From Tubulanus polymorphus (lineage: Eukaryota > Animalia > Nemertea), in assembly GCF_964204645.1 (NCBI RefSeq), contig NC_134028.1, forward strand, positions 26,036,345-26,100,344: a DNA stretch of 64,000 bases, read 5' to 3'. Numbering within the stretch: the stretch's first letter is position 1; each line of letters starts with the position of its first letter. The notes below the pieces were generated by a model that was not told the DNA's origin, ran no database searches, and saw only the letters and a program-made list of their open reading frames with translations. Positions 47,501-61,622 of this stretch are shown here, piece after piece. The translations under genes and the position numbers were made by a program.

Positions 47501-50500
47501 CTTGCACGATCGGCATCGTTTCTACGTCTATAGATGTTTGTTTCGGTGTCGTCATCTCGTTGTCACGATTATCATTTTCGTAATTAAATCGCAGCCACGA
47601 TCGCGCTCGGGGCCGCGCGTGACTTCGCTATTACGGCTCATTAAACCGCTGTGACCGTGAACACCGTCGGCGCATTTTTGTGTCAATTTAGCCTGATCTG
47701 TGAGGATGGTATCGTCACGACGTGTTGTGCTTTAGGTGCCAGTTGGTATTTATACCGGTTGGTGGAAATGGGCCCTTGTTCTAATGTACAGTGACGGCAT
47801 TGACTAACCACGGTAATTAACGCGATAAGTCACTGAGATTGTTGAGGAGAAACAGTCGCTGATAGACTCCAAACCGGGTAGAGCGAAAATAACAACACCG
47901 TCTCTCATCATCAGTGACGTCAACGTTACCAGCATTTTTTTCCCTTACTTTGAGGGATTACCGCTCCTAGCGCCCTATTTACTATCGACATAAGATGGCG
48001 CGAAATTCCCACTAAGAATAAAGAAACAGTTGCTTTAGAAAGTTTGCATGACTGGTAAACTGAAATGAACTGAATAAGTGAACCCACTTATTTTGGTTTC
48101 TATGATGATGAGGTTAAGTTTAAACCTTGAAACGTTAGAAAATTAAATCTCTGTAAACATCATCAATGTGGATTCACTTAGCAAGGAAATTTACATCGAT
48201 TTCCTGCGATTTTTCACTACGACTCAAACACTTTGATGAATCTGATGTCATCTGAGTCGAAATGTCAAACTGCTCATTGTACAGCTTTTCATATTATGAA
48301 TAGATTTCGAGTGAAGTGGTAAAAGTTGTTTTTCCGCGCTACAAGTTAAAATAAACATGTCGCGAACAAATCAGAATTGCCCGAAGACAATGTTAAAGAT
48401 TTGTTTTTGACGGAAGATTATGCGATGTTGGGAGTTAAATCCCCGTAAAGACGCTGTGTATCTGTCGTCGATATCAATCCTCTTGATGTCACCATCTTTA
48501 CGGGACATACTTTCGATTGAACGGATGAATATGTGACATTGTTCGGCAGATTATACTCGACTGATGGGTCGATGTGCGAATTCATTCGATCAATTTCCAG
48601 GTTGTCGAAGGATTTTAACTTACATCGAAGCGCTTATTAATTCCACAGCACGCGTTGTCTCTTCTGTATCATCCGGAATATCAGAGACGCCCAGTTTTTA
48701 TCGAATCAGTTTCCGAGGAGCTTATCTCGCTGCGTGGAGCTCACTCCACCGACCCTCAACAAACTAGAAGTTAATATCCTATACGTGATCGATGGCCTGA
48801 TTTTGCCACGATAAATACCCGGTAATGCCTTTTTAGGTGTCCCCCGATACGACGCGATGTCACTTTTTTTCTCTGTCGGTTTTATTAGAGTAGGTCGGTC
48901 GTTATTAGCGTAGCTGCTGCTGCTGCTCTGAGCCACTGATATTGCGTCCACTTTGGATGGCGTTAAAAAGTCTCTCTCGTCTCATCAAGCCCGCTACTCG
49001 CGCCACTCGGGGGACATTAAAGACCGATGCGCTGTTTTCCAATAACGACGGTAAGAGGCCACCGAAAGAACCATTCAATAATAAACACCGTCGCCGTTTC
49101 ACTGGTCAACTTATCACGCGGCTGAATTCTACGACCACTTGACGACTGTGCCGCTAAAAACCCCTGTTTCAGTCCCGGCAGGTGCGTGGTGGGCTTGTAA
49201 CGGACACCAACAACCCAGCTAAATCAAACGAAATCCTACCAATCAAATAAGTAACAGGATCAGTCCCTATAGATGAAAAACCAATTCGAAGTCTGTTTGA
49301 ATGAATCGGAACCGATATTTCCAATTGTGTAATACTTCAATTTGAACACAAAATTCTGCAAATTCGACGCCCGATCACAGAACGTTATCCGTTATACATC
49401 GATTTCTGATGATGATATCCCGTGTTTCGTTCCAGGCAGGTGTGGTGGGTTTGTAAGGGACACCAAATCAAAACAAATAAAATCAGCCAATCAAATAGAT
49501 AACAGGGTCAATCCCTATTTCAAGATTTGAAAAAAAACCATTCCAAGACAACCAGTAATAGTCGATGCAGTTGCCACGAATTGCACCTTCCTCCTTGTAT
49601 GTGTAAGCCGAGTTGTTGTTAAAGTTGCTGTTTGTCGCTTCAGCCCTTTATCAAAAGCGACTAATACACCCGAAATGAGGAACCTTTTTACCCGAAATGA
49701 GGAACCTTTTTACCCGAAATCAGGAACGTTTTCTACCGAGTGATTTATCGTCCAATCCTAACCGAGGATGTCACACGTATTACAGAGGCGTCATATCGGA
49801 TGTCAAATGTCAGTCAACCTTGGCTTTTTACATCAGTCATCGTGATAGTGCTTGACGTCCAATGACGCGTTGTGATGTCAGGTGTGTGATCTCTTTACCC
49901 GGTACTGGAGCAACCTTTTGCACCGATTCATACGTCGCCAACTCGCGCATTTCTATAGTTCTGTGGCCATTTCCTTATGGAATCGCCGCCATACGGACAT
50001 GTTTGACTGGACAGAACTTTAGCGTCGATGTGAAGAATGTCCGAACGATCGAGGAGGAGCTCGATCTATCCGGGCGATTATTGACCAAAACAACTAATGA
50101 GGAGCATCTGTTACTGTTTGCGTCGACGCAACGACATCGACAAACCTTGTAAAAACTCCGCATCAGGAAGCGCCGACTAGATGTTTTGTCGATTCTCACA
50201 AATCTCAGGCTTCCTCTGTATAATCCCTGCTGAATTTAATCACAGATTGTGTGCAGATGTCATTTGTTTCGGTTTCGCTCAACGGGGAAATCAAGCCGAG
50301 TCATATACATATATATATATAAACAATTGGCTCTAGAAATGAAAGTCTGCAGTTGCCAGTCTTCAATTTCCTAGAAAGCAGCGAGTGGTTTATATGTTTA
50401 CGTATTACTTAACGCTTTGCTTTAATATTTTCCGTCACTTACATGTACATGTTGTTATGCGATTTACAGTGACGCCAGACACCGATCGCGATTTGACGTA

Positions 50501-53500
50501 ATAAAGAAAATATGACGCATACACATCACGTATTACCGTCTGGTTTATTGATATATTCTGCTGGTTATTACTGTTTATTGCTTTTGTGCTCTCCAACGCC
50601 ATCTGTTCGAGAGAGATTCTCTGCACTTAATACCGGGGGCAGATCGTCGGATATTTCGCATTTTTTGAATGAAGTTACCATTTTTGTCCAGAGATCTTTG
50701 AAACCTGACCCCAGTGGTAGAATCATTATGTCTATTGCCAGTTTATAAATCGATCTTATTTACGTGATCAAAGTAAGGCCATTTTGAACGTCGCACCCGT
50801 GCGACTTCTTGGAAATCGAATCTTTTCCGGTTGTGTATTTCTTCAAATGTATCTAACACTAGGGGACGCCACTTTCGGCCGTAAAGTGGCTGCCCTATCC
50901 GAGATATACCCGCAGTCGAATTCTACAGAGACAGAGATCGGATCATTGCCGTTGATTCCGTATCCTTTCGAATACATTGAGATGAAATGATTTGCAGATT
51001 CCTTCGGAAATGGAACGAATATTTTACGGTCCCGATATCATACAGTACAAAACGTGTATTGTAAGGAATTTAGATGCCATATGAATAAAATGTAATATTT
51101 CAGCTTTATCACCGAGACTTGCGCCACACGTATAGAGCAAATGATGAAATTGATTCCTTCCATCGCTTCCTGCGCTTTCCTGCTTGAAGAAGCTCATCGT
51201 CGAGCGTTTATCGCGATTCGTACACAAAACCTACCCGGCGATGTGATTAACTGTATTTCTCAGGTGGTGCTATTGTCGCAACCGGAGAGGAAACTGGGTG
51301 AATTGTCTCGGAATGAATATCGCTTATCCGCGCGGAATCTCGAGATTCTTAAGTCTCAAATCGCCGGTGGATATTTACCGTGAAAATGACGACACTATCT
51401 CGACGGTAATGTCGGTTGAACTGATGGGAGAAATGATGCGTCGTTGATTGAAAGGAAATGTGACAGACTCACCCAAGGCACTGATGAACTGAAAACCCAA
51501 TCTGACAAACAGTTGTTGACAGTCCGGTGTTGTATGCAGTTATATTCTGATCCGCCTGCAGGGATTTTTAATCATCGCTCGCCGCTAATGCCTTTTTCAG
51601 CTGGAGGGTTCTAAATCTAAAAAAGATGAGTTCCTATCGACCCGACGAATGCATCGAGGGAAACTGCTGTATTTGTTTAGCACTTGATATAAAAAAGACC
51701 ATACACGAGCGAGGGTGGATGTTAGCCTAATGGAGTATGAGGGATTTATCTTTTGTTCAGATATAAGAAAAAAACAGTCGGTGATTAATCATAATCTGCT
51801 GCGACCACTCGGTCATACTGACGTCACAGGCTGCTGATTGTACACGCGGGAGTTAGGATAACACTTATAACGCCTTCGCGTAAAGATTGTTTACAGCATA
51901 TCCTGATTCCGTCGCCTGTTTATTTTATGATCTATCGCTGATTTTCCATTTTCACGCCTCATGGTTTCGATTATGTTGGTTCAGATCATAGTTTCTAGGG
52001 TAAAAAATCCCTAGAACTCTCCTATAGTTGATAATGCCCCTTAAGAATATGGTCTATAGGATGACCACATGTTTGATTGGTTTCCCTAGAAGATGACTTT
52101 GCCCTGCAGCGTTTGAAACTCAGTGAAGTAACCTATTGTTAGTCACAACACTGGCCAGACAAACTTCCGAACTTTGTCAGTCATCCACAACTCAGAGGTC
52201 CCGCGTTCGAATCCTGACTTAGGTTATGGCTGTGGATCACCAAAATCGTTATGGAAGTGGAAAACAATTTCCTTTTTAAAATATAAACATTTCAATATTG
52301 ACTCGAAGAAATGTTCAGGTTATTTCTTTTACCTCGTGGATATATGCCACAATCTAAATGTTATAAAGTCGAAATATATACATATCGTAGCTGTTTATCA
52401 TTACTGAAACGGCCAAACGATAATTCAATAATAATTACGCGTAAATGATATAGCTATATTAGATACACGTATAGGGTAAGAATAAACTAATTGTGTCTAA
52501 ATTTATACCTTTTATATCATATATAGAATCATATACTATACGGTATGTATAGAATCGTGAAAATACAATATGTACAAACCGCCTTTATTCATAGCAGAAA
52601 TTCCTTTACTCAATTAACGCACTTTACATTACGTAATTATTATTCAAATTTAGGCTTAAGATTTTATGATTCAGTCGTATAGACGGCTTGCTTCGTGACT
52701 TATTTCGGTCGTAGAGAAATCACCGGGTTTCCGTCAATGATTTCAGTGCACCTAATGTGTGTCTGAAATATGTCGAATGGGCCAGATACTTAGAGCGGGG
52801 AGACCATACCGAAATGAATGCATGGAAGGTGGTATGTTCACTATAATCTTTGTTTCAGCTTTTTGATTTCTATATATTTATTCATATGAGACCACGAAGG
52901 TCCGTGTGTGATTCCACTTACAAAATGCATGATAGGTTATTGAATTTACACAAAATAGAAACAGTATATAATTGTGCGACTTAAGTATAAACTGCGTTCA
53001 GTTAATGTACTAATGAACCCGAAGTGGAGAGTCAGAGGAGTTAAGGAGTCTGTTGTTTATTGATGTTTAAGAGATAGATTCTCTTAAGGAGAAATAACAG
53101 GAAAATATACCGATACGGTGAAGCACTTCTAGTGAACTTATTTGAATACAACGACAGTGATTTTTCCTACAGTCAATGAAAACACATTGAGATATGGAAA
53201 GTAAATGTTATGAAATTTTATCAACTGTTCTCGGTCTTATTTTCAGAGGGTGATTTGGAAGTGATAAAAGATGGAAAAGTGCTCGGGAAAATGGGACCTG
53301 GCAGAGCATTCGGCGAACTGGCCATTTTGTATAACTGTACCAGAACTGCCTCCGTAAAAGGTATGGAAATTATTACCAAATTTTCGTATAAACGTATAAT
53401 TAAGTTCCTTTTAGGAAGAGAAAATAGACCCGTTAGAACTAACTGTAAATGGCTATATTTATGTTCCATCCGAAAATGTATTGTTCCATATTGCAATTGA

Positions 53501-56500
53501 TTCTGGACAGTTCTCGCATCGTGGAGGCTTCTAGAACCATTATATACAGCGGGGGGATTAGAAACCGAATACCAGCTCGACATCCCTTACCAGACACGAC
53601 GCTTAAATTACGTCTACGTCATTCTGAACTTTCGCATATTTTTTTTCTCACAAATCTGACTGTGTGTGTAGAACTGGTATATCATAATACTTGCTATTGA
53701 GCGCGCGAGCTCTGGTGGAGTGTGGAGCTAACATTTATCGCGCGAGCTCTGGCGGAGTGTGGAGCTAACATCTATCGCGCGAGCTCTGGTGGAGTGTGGA
53801 GCTAACATCTATCGCGCGAGCTCTGGCGGAGTGTGGAGCTAACATCTATCGCGCGAGCTCTGGCGGAGTGTGGAGCTAACATCTATCGCGCGAGCTCTGG
53901 TGGAGTGTGGAGCTAACATCTATCGCGCGAGCTCTGGTGGAGTGTGGAGCTAACATCTATCGCGCGAGCTCTGGCGGAGTGTGGAGCTAACATCTATCGC
54001 GCGAGCTCTGGCGGAGTGTGGAGCTAACATCTATCGCACGAGCTCTGGCGGAGTGTGGAGCTAACATCTATCGTCGCTGTCTCTCGTTTGAAAGAATGAG
54101 AATTTGATACGACATCAGTTACGAGGCATGCGCTGATTTTACGCGTCGGTTATTTTCAATGAGGAAATCAATCGGAAACTTGTGTCGTACTTTATAATTA
54201 ACGACACCCGCAATAATTTAACGTAGCCTAAACGAAACGCGATTATCGACGTGTTTTTAGCCCGTCGCCATTGTTTATTCGAGGCTGTCGCGTCTTATAG
54301 TTTCCCTTTAACTTTCCGCTAGAGGTTAATAGTCAACTGTTAAGTACGGAAGCGCCCTAGGGACATATCAATTAAATGAAATATTTCCGAGCTTAATAAC
54401 GAGTTTGTAACTCATGTGATCATTTTGATCAGTCTCTACACCGGAAACCCTCGCCTCCCGATATCAACCGCTAGAGATAATTCGACCAACGATTCTTATC
54501 GTTTGTCACATAATAAGGTTTTCACGCGCATATCTTTTCGGTATCATATTATAAACACTTCTACTATCAATAGAAGTTTTATGACGTCTGACTTTCAAAA
54601 TTAATCTAGATTATTTTGAGCTTGAGTTGAAAATTATAACCTTCCGCGCGTGCATACTCGTATCTATGATTGGAATCGAGTTACTCCCAGTGGCCTTCGA
54701 CTGTTTGAAGAAAATTGACGATAATTTCTAATTATAAATTTCAAATATTCTACGTTTCATTTGATCTAATAACAGTCGCAATAAAGCCAATGTTGCGTTG
54801 TTGAATATTGAGAGCGGCAGCTCGCTCAATATCACCGACCTAATCGTTCAGTCACCGGCGGCGCTCCGGGATGTATTCGGAAATCTGATTCGATTCGAAC
54901 GCTCGAAGATGGATAGATAAGTCATCTGAAGGGTGGACAGTAGTCTATAATATCACCTGTCTACTACTGACTGATGGAAATGAATCTAAAGTTTCGTAGG
55001 TATAATTTGTGACAGTCAGTCGAGACACGCTACAACATATAGAACGAAATTTTCTTCGCCGTCAAAGCGACAAGAAATCCGTCACTTATTCCATTAACTC
55101 AGCGGTTGTTATTATTAAACCCGTCATCGATTGCGTCTCCCCAATTTTTTTTTAGTAAACGCGGAGCTAAAAGCTTTTTATCAACTGCGGATTTCAAATG
55201 AAATGAATGCGCGAATTCGTAGAAAACGTAACGAGGTTTTCAGTTTACAACTCGTAATTATAACAATGGTTATTGCGTAAGACCGAAGTTTCAGTTCCCG
55301 ATTGCGTCAGGATTTTAGATTTAATTTGATTTTGTCTTTTTTTCTGAATTCACAAATTCAGCTGCAGCTCCAGGTATATTATAATTATTTTCAATGGAAT
55401 TCACTGTCACATTTCTGTAAAATCGTATTCAGTTCATTGTATTTTCATCGGTTTTGACTTGCAGTGTTTTTATTTCTTGGTATCATTGATATCATTCATC
55501 ATATATTGTTTCGACAAGTTCGTCCATCACGTTATTAGTCGTTATTATGTTTGTATAATATCACAGTATTGCTGACTACACTCGATTCAAGCCTCGTCGT
55601 TGTTTTTCTTTTTTTTTAATATATTTTTTTTTTACCCGTAAAAAGGAATAGATTCGACTTTTAAACGAATCCAACGCAAATAATTATTGATGTCACATGA
55701 GTGGACAAAGCATTCACGTGAACAGATAGAAGCCCCACAAAAACCACGCAGATAGTAATCGTAATATAAGTAATTTGATTTCTACAAAGCGCCCTTTTCA
55801 CTGAGACAATGTTCGTGGGCACTTTCCATTATGTTGGAATTTTTACCCCCAGCCTATAACTCTAACCATTTATCAGTCATCTCTTTCTGGGTAAAGGAAA
55901 CATGCGCGCAGCTGCTAGGCGCTCAGGGGTCATCTATCAGAGCGGGTACCCATTTACTCCTGGGTGGAGAGAGGCAATGAGGATTGCCAAGTGTCTAGCC
56001 CGGGGACACTCCGTACCCACGACCAGAGCGCTCGAACCACTCGGCCTCACCGCAAGCGGCACCGAGTCAACCGTTAGAAGTGGGCCGCCCCAGTCAAGAT
56101 ACATTCAAATCACGTGAATTTGATTGTGTCAATGTATGGACATTTAGTAATTAAAAACGCGTTATGGTCCATATCATGTGGCTATCCAACTAGAATTCTA
56201 CAATATCGTACCGTATTTACTAAGATACGTCATCTTAATTGTTAAGGAAAGTACTTCTTCGTTCTAAATGAATGTCAGGTCTTCCGATGAGGCTACGCAT
56301 TGGACTAGAGTGGGAGTCGACCTGACACCAGTATGCATGATGTGAATGTTCACTGTAAAAAAATTGTAATTTCATTGAGACCTTTAAATCCTATTCTTTC
56401 GTGTCGTCACATTATTTTTAACAAAGAAACTAAGTTGAAAGTTTATGCTGCTTAATATTGTCAATAACTATTACAGTATACATTATATGATATCAGTTCA

Positions 56501-56522
56501 AACGTTCCTCATGTAATTGAAT

Positions 56523-56562
<40 letters not shown>

Positions 56563-59500
56563 CATGATAATGATGATGATGATACAAAGGATCAATGAAG
56601 TTATTTTGGATTTGATTGAATTGACCGGAAATCGATATATCGATGACGTAGTGCACATTCTCAAAAATTAATTGTCAAAATATATCCCCAGAAATGAAAT
56701 AAGAGTTATGAAAAAATAACCCCCAAATCTCAATTCTAATCGTTATTTTGAAACGCCGATATTGATGACGTAGTGCACATCGACTGACACAGAACCTAGG
56801 TATCAATGTATATAAACATTAATGTAACGCTTTTTTACGGTGTCAAAAATACATATACGCGCCATATAAATGAATGCCTGCGCCTAAAGCTGTCATTAGT
56901 TAGTTAGACGTTTTAAGTGCGTATCACCTTTTAGCAATTTAGAAGTCTTAATTCGCTGCAATTTTGATCGAAGACGATCTGAGATGACTAAACAGTTTAG
57001 CGGGCGATACGTGACAAATTTTCAAACTCTGTTCTCATTAACTGGCAATGCCTCCGAGGCGCGGCCAATTGGCTGTCGATGGCTAAAACGAGAAATTCAA
57101 TTTCGATACAGAACAGTAGAGAATTTCAAACCTCTTTCCAACGAAGTTATTTTCAACTATTGCTCTGACTCCGAGACATCTTCAAAAATTCCGCTAACGA
57201 CGAACCGGATTCTCATAGAATCCAACGAACGTCTGTTAAATAAAGGCTTTCATTGCAATACGGGTCACGTTTGGAGCGGGAACACGAGTACAATTCAACG
57301 AGTAGATTTGATGTGGAATTCAGACTGTAACAAACTGATTCACTGATCGTCACACTCACTCTGTTCTGTTGATTGCTATTCCCCATTCACATGCAGACTA
57401 TTTCATTTATTCAATAGAAATGAAAGATTAGTATTATAAGATGAAAACACACTATTTACAAATTAAAAGGAATCTAGAAATCGAGAATTTATTTATTGAA
57501 ACAATCTAAAATGTAAAAACACCTCGATTTTAGATTTCTTTTAATTTGTAAATAGTGGGTTTTTATCTTATCATCTGTTTACCACGTTTGAGTGTGGTTA
57601 TCGTAACAAAGATTAGTATTATATATACAGATACTGACGCAGGTTTTCATGGTATTCGTAAGTCTTCAAAATCAACACCAGGGGAAATTATAAATTTTTC
57701 CATCCACGTTGTTTTATATACATATTTTTTCCCAAGCGCTTATTTGTGGTGTTAAATGATAATATAATTTGCAACCCCCCCCCCCCCCTACCCAGACAAA
57801 GGCTCCGATCTTGTAATCGACTTCTGTCACTTTATTTCAGCCCTGACCTACACGAGAATATGGGCTCTAGACCGAAAAATCTTCCAGGCTATTATGATGA
57901 AAACTGGTCTCCAAAGAAGAGAAGAAAATATGAAATTCCTCAGAAGGTATTATTCGGATCAGTTGCATAGACGTGACTCTAATCGTCTTAAATCAATGGT
58001 CTCAAGTTCAGTTGTTAGATGACTGACCAAAGAACAGAGCTGGTCTTTAACTGAAAGTTTTGAGTTGAATTGTATTAAGAACAGTGAAGACATAAGTCCA
58101 AAAATGGTCTTAAATCTTAAGCCGAATCTTACGTTGTTAGATCGGTAACAGAACCAAAATGGGCTACGACTGGTCTGAAGTTGTTTGATCGACTTAAGAA
58201 ATAAGAATAAGCCTGGTCTTAGATTTAAGCATCGACTGTGTTACTGCCGTCTGGTGTATGGGATCAGACTGCCGACGTCAGAATGACGTAACTTTTTATT
58301 ACAGTTTCATCAGTATTCTGATATCATAACTAATATCGTTCTGCGTTTTTTAAATGCTCCATCGCTTTCTCGTGGTCGTTCTAATAATTGATAAAACAAT
58401 TTTCTTCTAGTTGTCCATTGCTCATGAATCTACCTGGGGACAAGCTAGCGAAAATTGCTGACGTCCTCGAAATTGTAAGTATAGGGCTATATATGCAAGC
58501 GCGAGCGTGCACGGATTTACTTGGCGATTATTACTTATATGAGAGCTTCAGCTTCTATTAAAAACCATATATTATTTAAAGTAACGCACAAGAACACCAG
58601 ACGATGACGTTGTGTTCACAGATGATGATAATTTGCTAATGCATTTGAAGCTATTTTTATACCCGCGACGCAGTTTAATAAAAACTGCGTGTGATTTTAT
58701 TACATACTCGATCGATCAAGATTATCATAATTACGTATTTCATAAATCAACCGTTAATGGATTCGGCAACCTTCGACAATCTTCGGATTGTCTGTTGGGT
58801 CATCTCCCAGTCTACACAGCTTCATCTTTATGACAATTTGTTGGTAAACGTTGGACACCGAGTTTATTCTTCAGTTGCGCTGCCGCGACAAATCCAAAAA
58901 ATGATCGAAATCACTAAACTGGTCTTGGTTAGATTGATTATAGAATCAAGATGGGCTTAGATTGGTCTTAAGTTGTTAGATTGATTATCTAACTAACATA
59001 GATAATTACTGTCTTCGAAAAAAACCGTTTTAGAGTCGACGATAGAACTCAACTGATATTGGATCCAAGATTCAAACCCTAATGATAGCAGATTTTATAC
59101 ATAAATCGAGAAAATGTTGGAAAAAGTATCTTTTTGAATTTTTGAAGAATTAATGATGGATGTAATGAGCATCAAAGCCGATATCGCGCGCACGTGATGG
59201 TGATTAGTATAGGTGGAATGTTATATAGTTTGACTAATCTGTTTCGATTCCGTGCCTCACACTGTGTATAGAGCGTCAACTTGAAGACGGTGCCAATTAT
59301 CATTCCCAGGGATGGGCTTAAAGCGAACTCGTCACAGAAATCACGACTAATGAAATACTAAACATACGTCGAATCATATTCCGTCGGTCGTTCGTTCACT
59401 AAATTACAAGGACGAACGTATCAGAATTCTGCGTAAACAGCTGTAACCGGAGACAAGGTGTATGAATCCGCTGCTAGTGGGCGACTGTTCGACTGTGTAA

Positions 59501-61622
59501 AATATTCGATAGCGTTTTTATTCACGGTGACGAAAACTGTACAGAATAACCTGAGATACCGCATTGGAATAAGGTGAATAGCAGATGGATCGGTCGCTGC
59601 TTTCCAATTCTCCGTAGGGTACAAAACCACGGCCATACCAGGACCAGTATATATGTATGTGTCTGCATCGATCGGCGAATACTTGCGGCTCAGCTTGGAT
59701 TCAAACCCCGAGGTAGACAGGACTGACTCGACCATACCGGAGACGTTGATCTTCAATTACCCATTCTGTCCTCGAGGCGAACTCTGTCATAAGACAAATT
59801 AGCGTCAAGCGACGTAATATCTTTATCTCAACTGAATACTAATAGTTCAGTAGGGCTTATTAAAAGAAGGTTAACGGTATTATGATATGACAAACCAATA
59901 TGATGATGCTCTGTTTTGGAAGAATTTTCTATAATGCCGTCAGGTGTAATTAAAGCTTGACAATATTGAGCCGTTAAGACTGTAGTCGTTTCGCGGTGGT
60001 AAATATTATCGAGACGTCTCTCATCGTTTCCCTCGCGGATGTTCGTTAGATAATCGACAAAGTCGAACAAACATCCTAATCAACCAACAACTTACCACAA
60101 TCATACAGCTTGCGTGAAATTACAATTAACAGATATCGATGTGAAAAAATTCGTCCCCGCGCAAAAATTAATAAGTAGCGTAATAGCATTCTTCGCAGAG
60201 AGATTCTAAGCTTATACAGTAGTCCGGGATCTAGGCGACATTTGATCATACTTTTTGGTACAAATTGCATGAATGCTCCATTTCATAGTTAATGTGACGT
60301 AACTTGTGGAAATTTACGTCTCAAGTTGCGTATTCCTAGCATTTTGCCCCAGGTGTTGTCAAAAATGTAAAAAAAACAACAGTCAACCATAATCGTGATG
60401 CGCCATTTCGAAGTATCTCCACTGAAAAAAAGACTGCCTGGATATCTAAATGTAGACAAGTCTTGGAGATTGGAGGTTTCTAATGAATCGGCCCTCAATC
60501 TCTTATTAGAAACCTGAGAATATTTCTCTACCGAATAGAAACAGTTCGTGCGAAAAATCAGGAAATGAGATTTTATCGAAATCTACTTCGGTGTGAGATC
60601 GAGTGCATGATTGCTGTTTATAGATGACTATCGATTGTTCAGCATTTGAATCGTCGAATTCGAATTCACCGAAAAAGGCTTTCTAGGCATTGAAACTCGG
60701 TATTACTATCTCGTATTGTTTGTAATAAGATGATGAGAGGAAAGGATTTCGCTGGAACAAATCGTGTCACAATCTGACGATACATCTCTAATGTATAACG
60801 TACATAACGATAGTCATCATTCAGTTATCAATACTGTTCACACGTGCGCGGAGAGAGAAAATAAAACCTTGGAATACATCATTATACACAACTGTTTCTC
60901 TTGTTTTCTAACTAGGATTTCTTCCATGAAGGTGAATATATATGCAGGGAAGGTGATACCGGCGATTCATTCTTTATCATCAATAAAGGCGAGGTGAAAA
61001 TCACGCAACTGATACAAGGAAAAGATTCACCTCAACTCATTCGCACTCTAAAACGTGGCGATTACTTCGGTGAAAAGGCTCTGTTAAGGTATATATACAC
61101 CACGTTGTTTTCTAATTATCAATATGGTCGAAAGTTTTATACGTTTTTCGTAAATTTCATTTTTAATTTTCAATTTTTTTTTTCAAAAGTGAGGATCGAC
61201 GTACGGCGAATGTGATCGCGAAACCACCAGGAGTCGAGTGTTTGACGGTAGACAGAGAGTAAGTTGACTTATTTTTTGGATTGAAATAGATCCATCGACT
61301 CTAAAACGTTCAATAGTCAATGCTAGAACTCAGAAATACTATCAAATGTTGATTTGAAAATTAAGATTACCCTTGATGATGGCTGTTAGAAAAAACGACC
61401 ACAATAAACTATTTTTGATTTTTTTACTTTCATGTTTCAATTTATAAGGAGTTTCTATCATAACTGAAATAAACACATATAGTTACTCTGATTAAGGCTT
61501 TCATTCCTTAAAACACGATTTTCTTTATGCGAATTATTTTTCAGGTCATTTAATCAATTAATCGGAGATTTGAATGAACTGAGGGAGAAGGATTACGGCG
61601 ATGAGGCGCGCGGTGCACAAAG
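31757..61622 (+). CDS. PRKG: cGMP-dependent protein kinase (PKG), 5' part: coiled-coil dimerisation region, autoinhibitory segment and two cyclic-nucleotide-binding domains; kinase domain lies beyond the window
   Basis: Exons 31757 (or 31880)-32277, 42480-42646, 53247-53360, 57841-57946, 58411-58474, 60916-61088, 61190-61258 and 61545-61622, all GT-AG and frame-consistent. Motifs: MGNGAS, coiled coil, [77 protein letters not shown]. The RTA Thr in both cassettes indicates cGMP selectivity. The first coding exon has an acceptor at 31550, so non-coding exon(s) lie upstream. Paralogue identity (PRKG1-like or PRKG2-like) is not resolved. Confidence 0.95.
35509..35572. repeat. (GAT)n microsatellite
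   Basis: Directly visible. Confidence 0.9.
36011..36191. repeat. 40-bp tandem repeat (4 copies), each carrying CCAAT
   Basis: Unit approximately GAGACGGCTTCT(A/G)ACCAATGA(GCGAA/TCACG)TAGATAAGAACTTG, followed by two ATTGG. Confidence 0.85.
43176..43599. mobile_element. Non-autonomous DNA transposon remnant (CAGGGGCGGATCC-type ends)
   Basis: Left end CAGGGGCGGATCCAGG and right end CCCTAAATCCGCCATTG are imperfect inverted repeats. Related ends occur at about 9880-10250 and about 39869. Confidence 0.55.
45721..45776. repeat. Imperfect (CTG/CCG)n run
   Basis: Directly visible in PKG intron 2. Confidence 0.8.
49668..49732. repeat. 22-bp tandem repeat, 3 copies
   Basis: ACCCGAAATGAGGAACCTTTTT twice plus one diverged copy. 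Confidence 0.85.
53703..54073. repeat. 37-bp minisatellite, 10 copies
   Basis: Unit GCGCGAGCTCTGG(T/C)GGAGTGTGGAGCTAACATCTATC, head-to-tail with no spacers. Confidence 0.96.
55770..56092 (-). mobile_element. tRNA-derived SINE with a CORE-like central domain
   Basis: Minus strand: B-box-like GGTTCGAGCGC, then GTGTCCCCGGGCTAGACACTT...TGCCTCTCTCCACCCAGGAGTAAATGGGTAC, which resembles the CORE-type domain of metazoan SINEs. It ends in GCGCTTTGTAGAAATCAAATTAC, reminiscent of L2-type tails. Confidence 0.65.
56523..56583. repeat. (GAT)n microsatellite
   Basis: Directly visible. Confidence 0.9.

Noticed and set aside
52190-52216. B-box-like fragments (also about 63255-63275 and 63455-63475)
   Set aside because: Only T-arm-like motifs with no cloverleaf. 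At most they are SINE debris.
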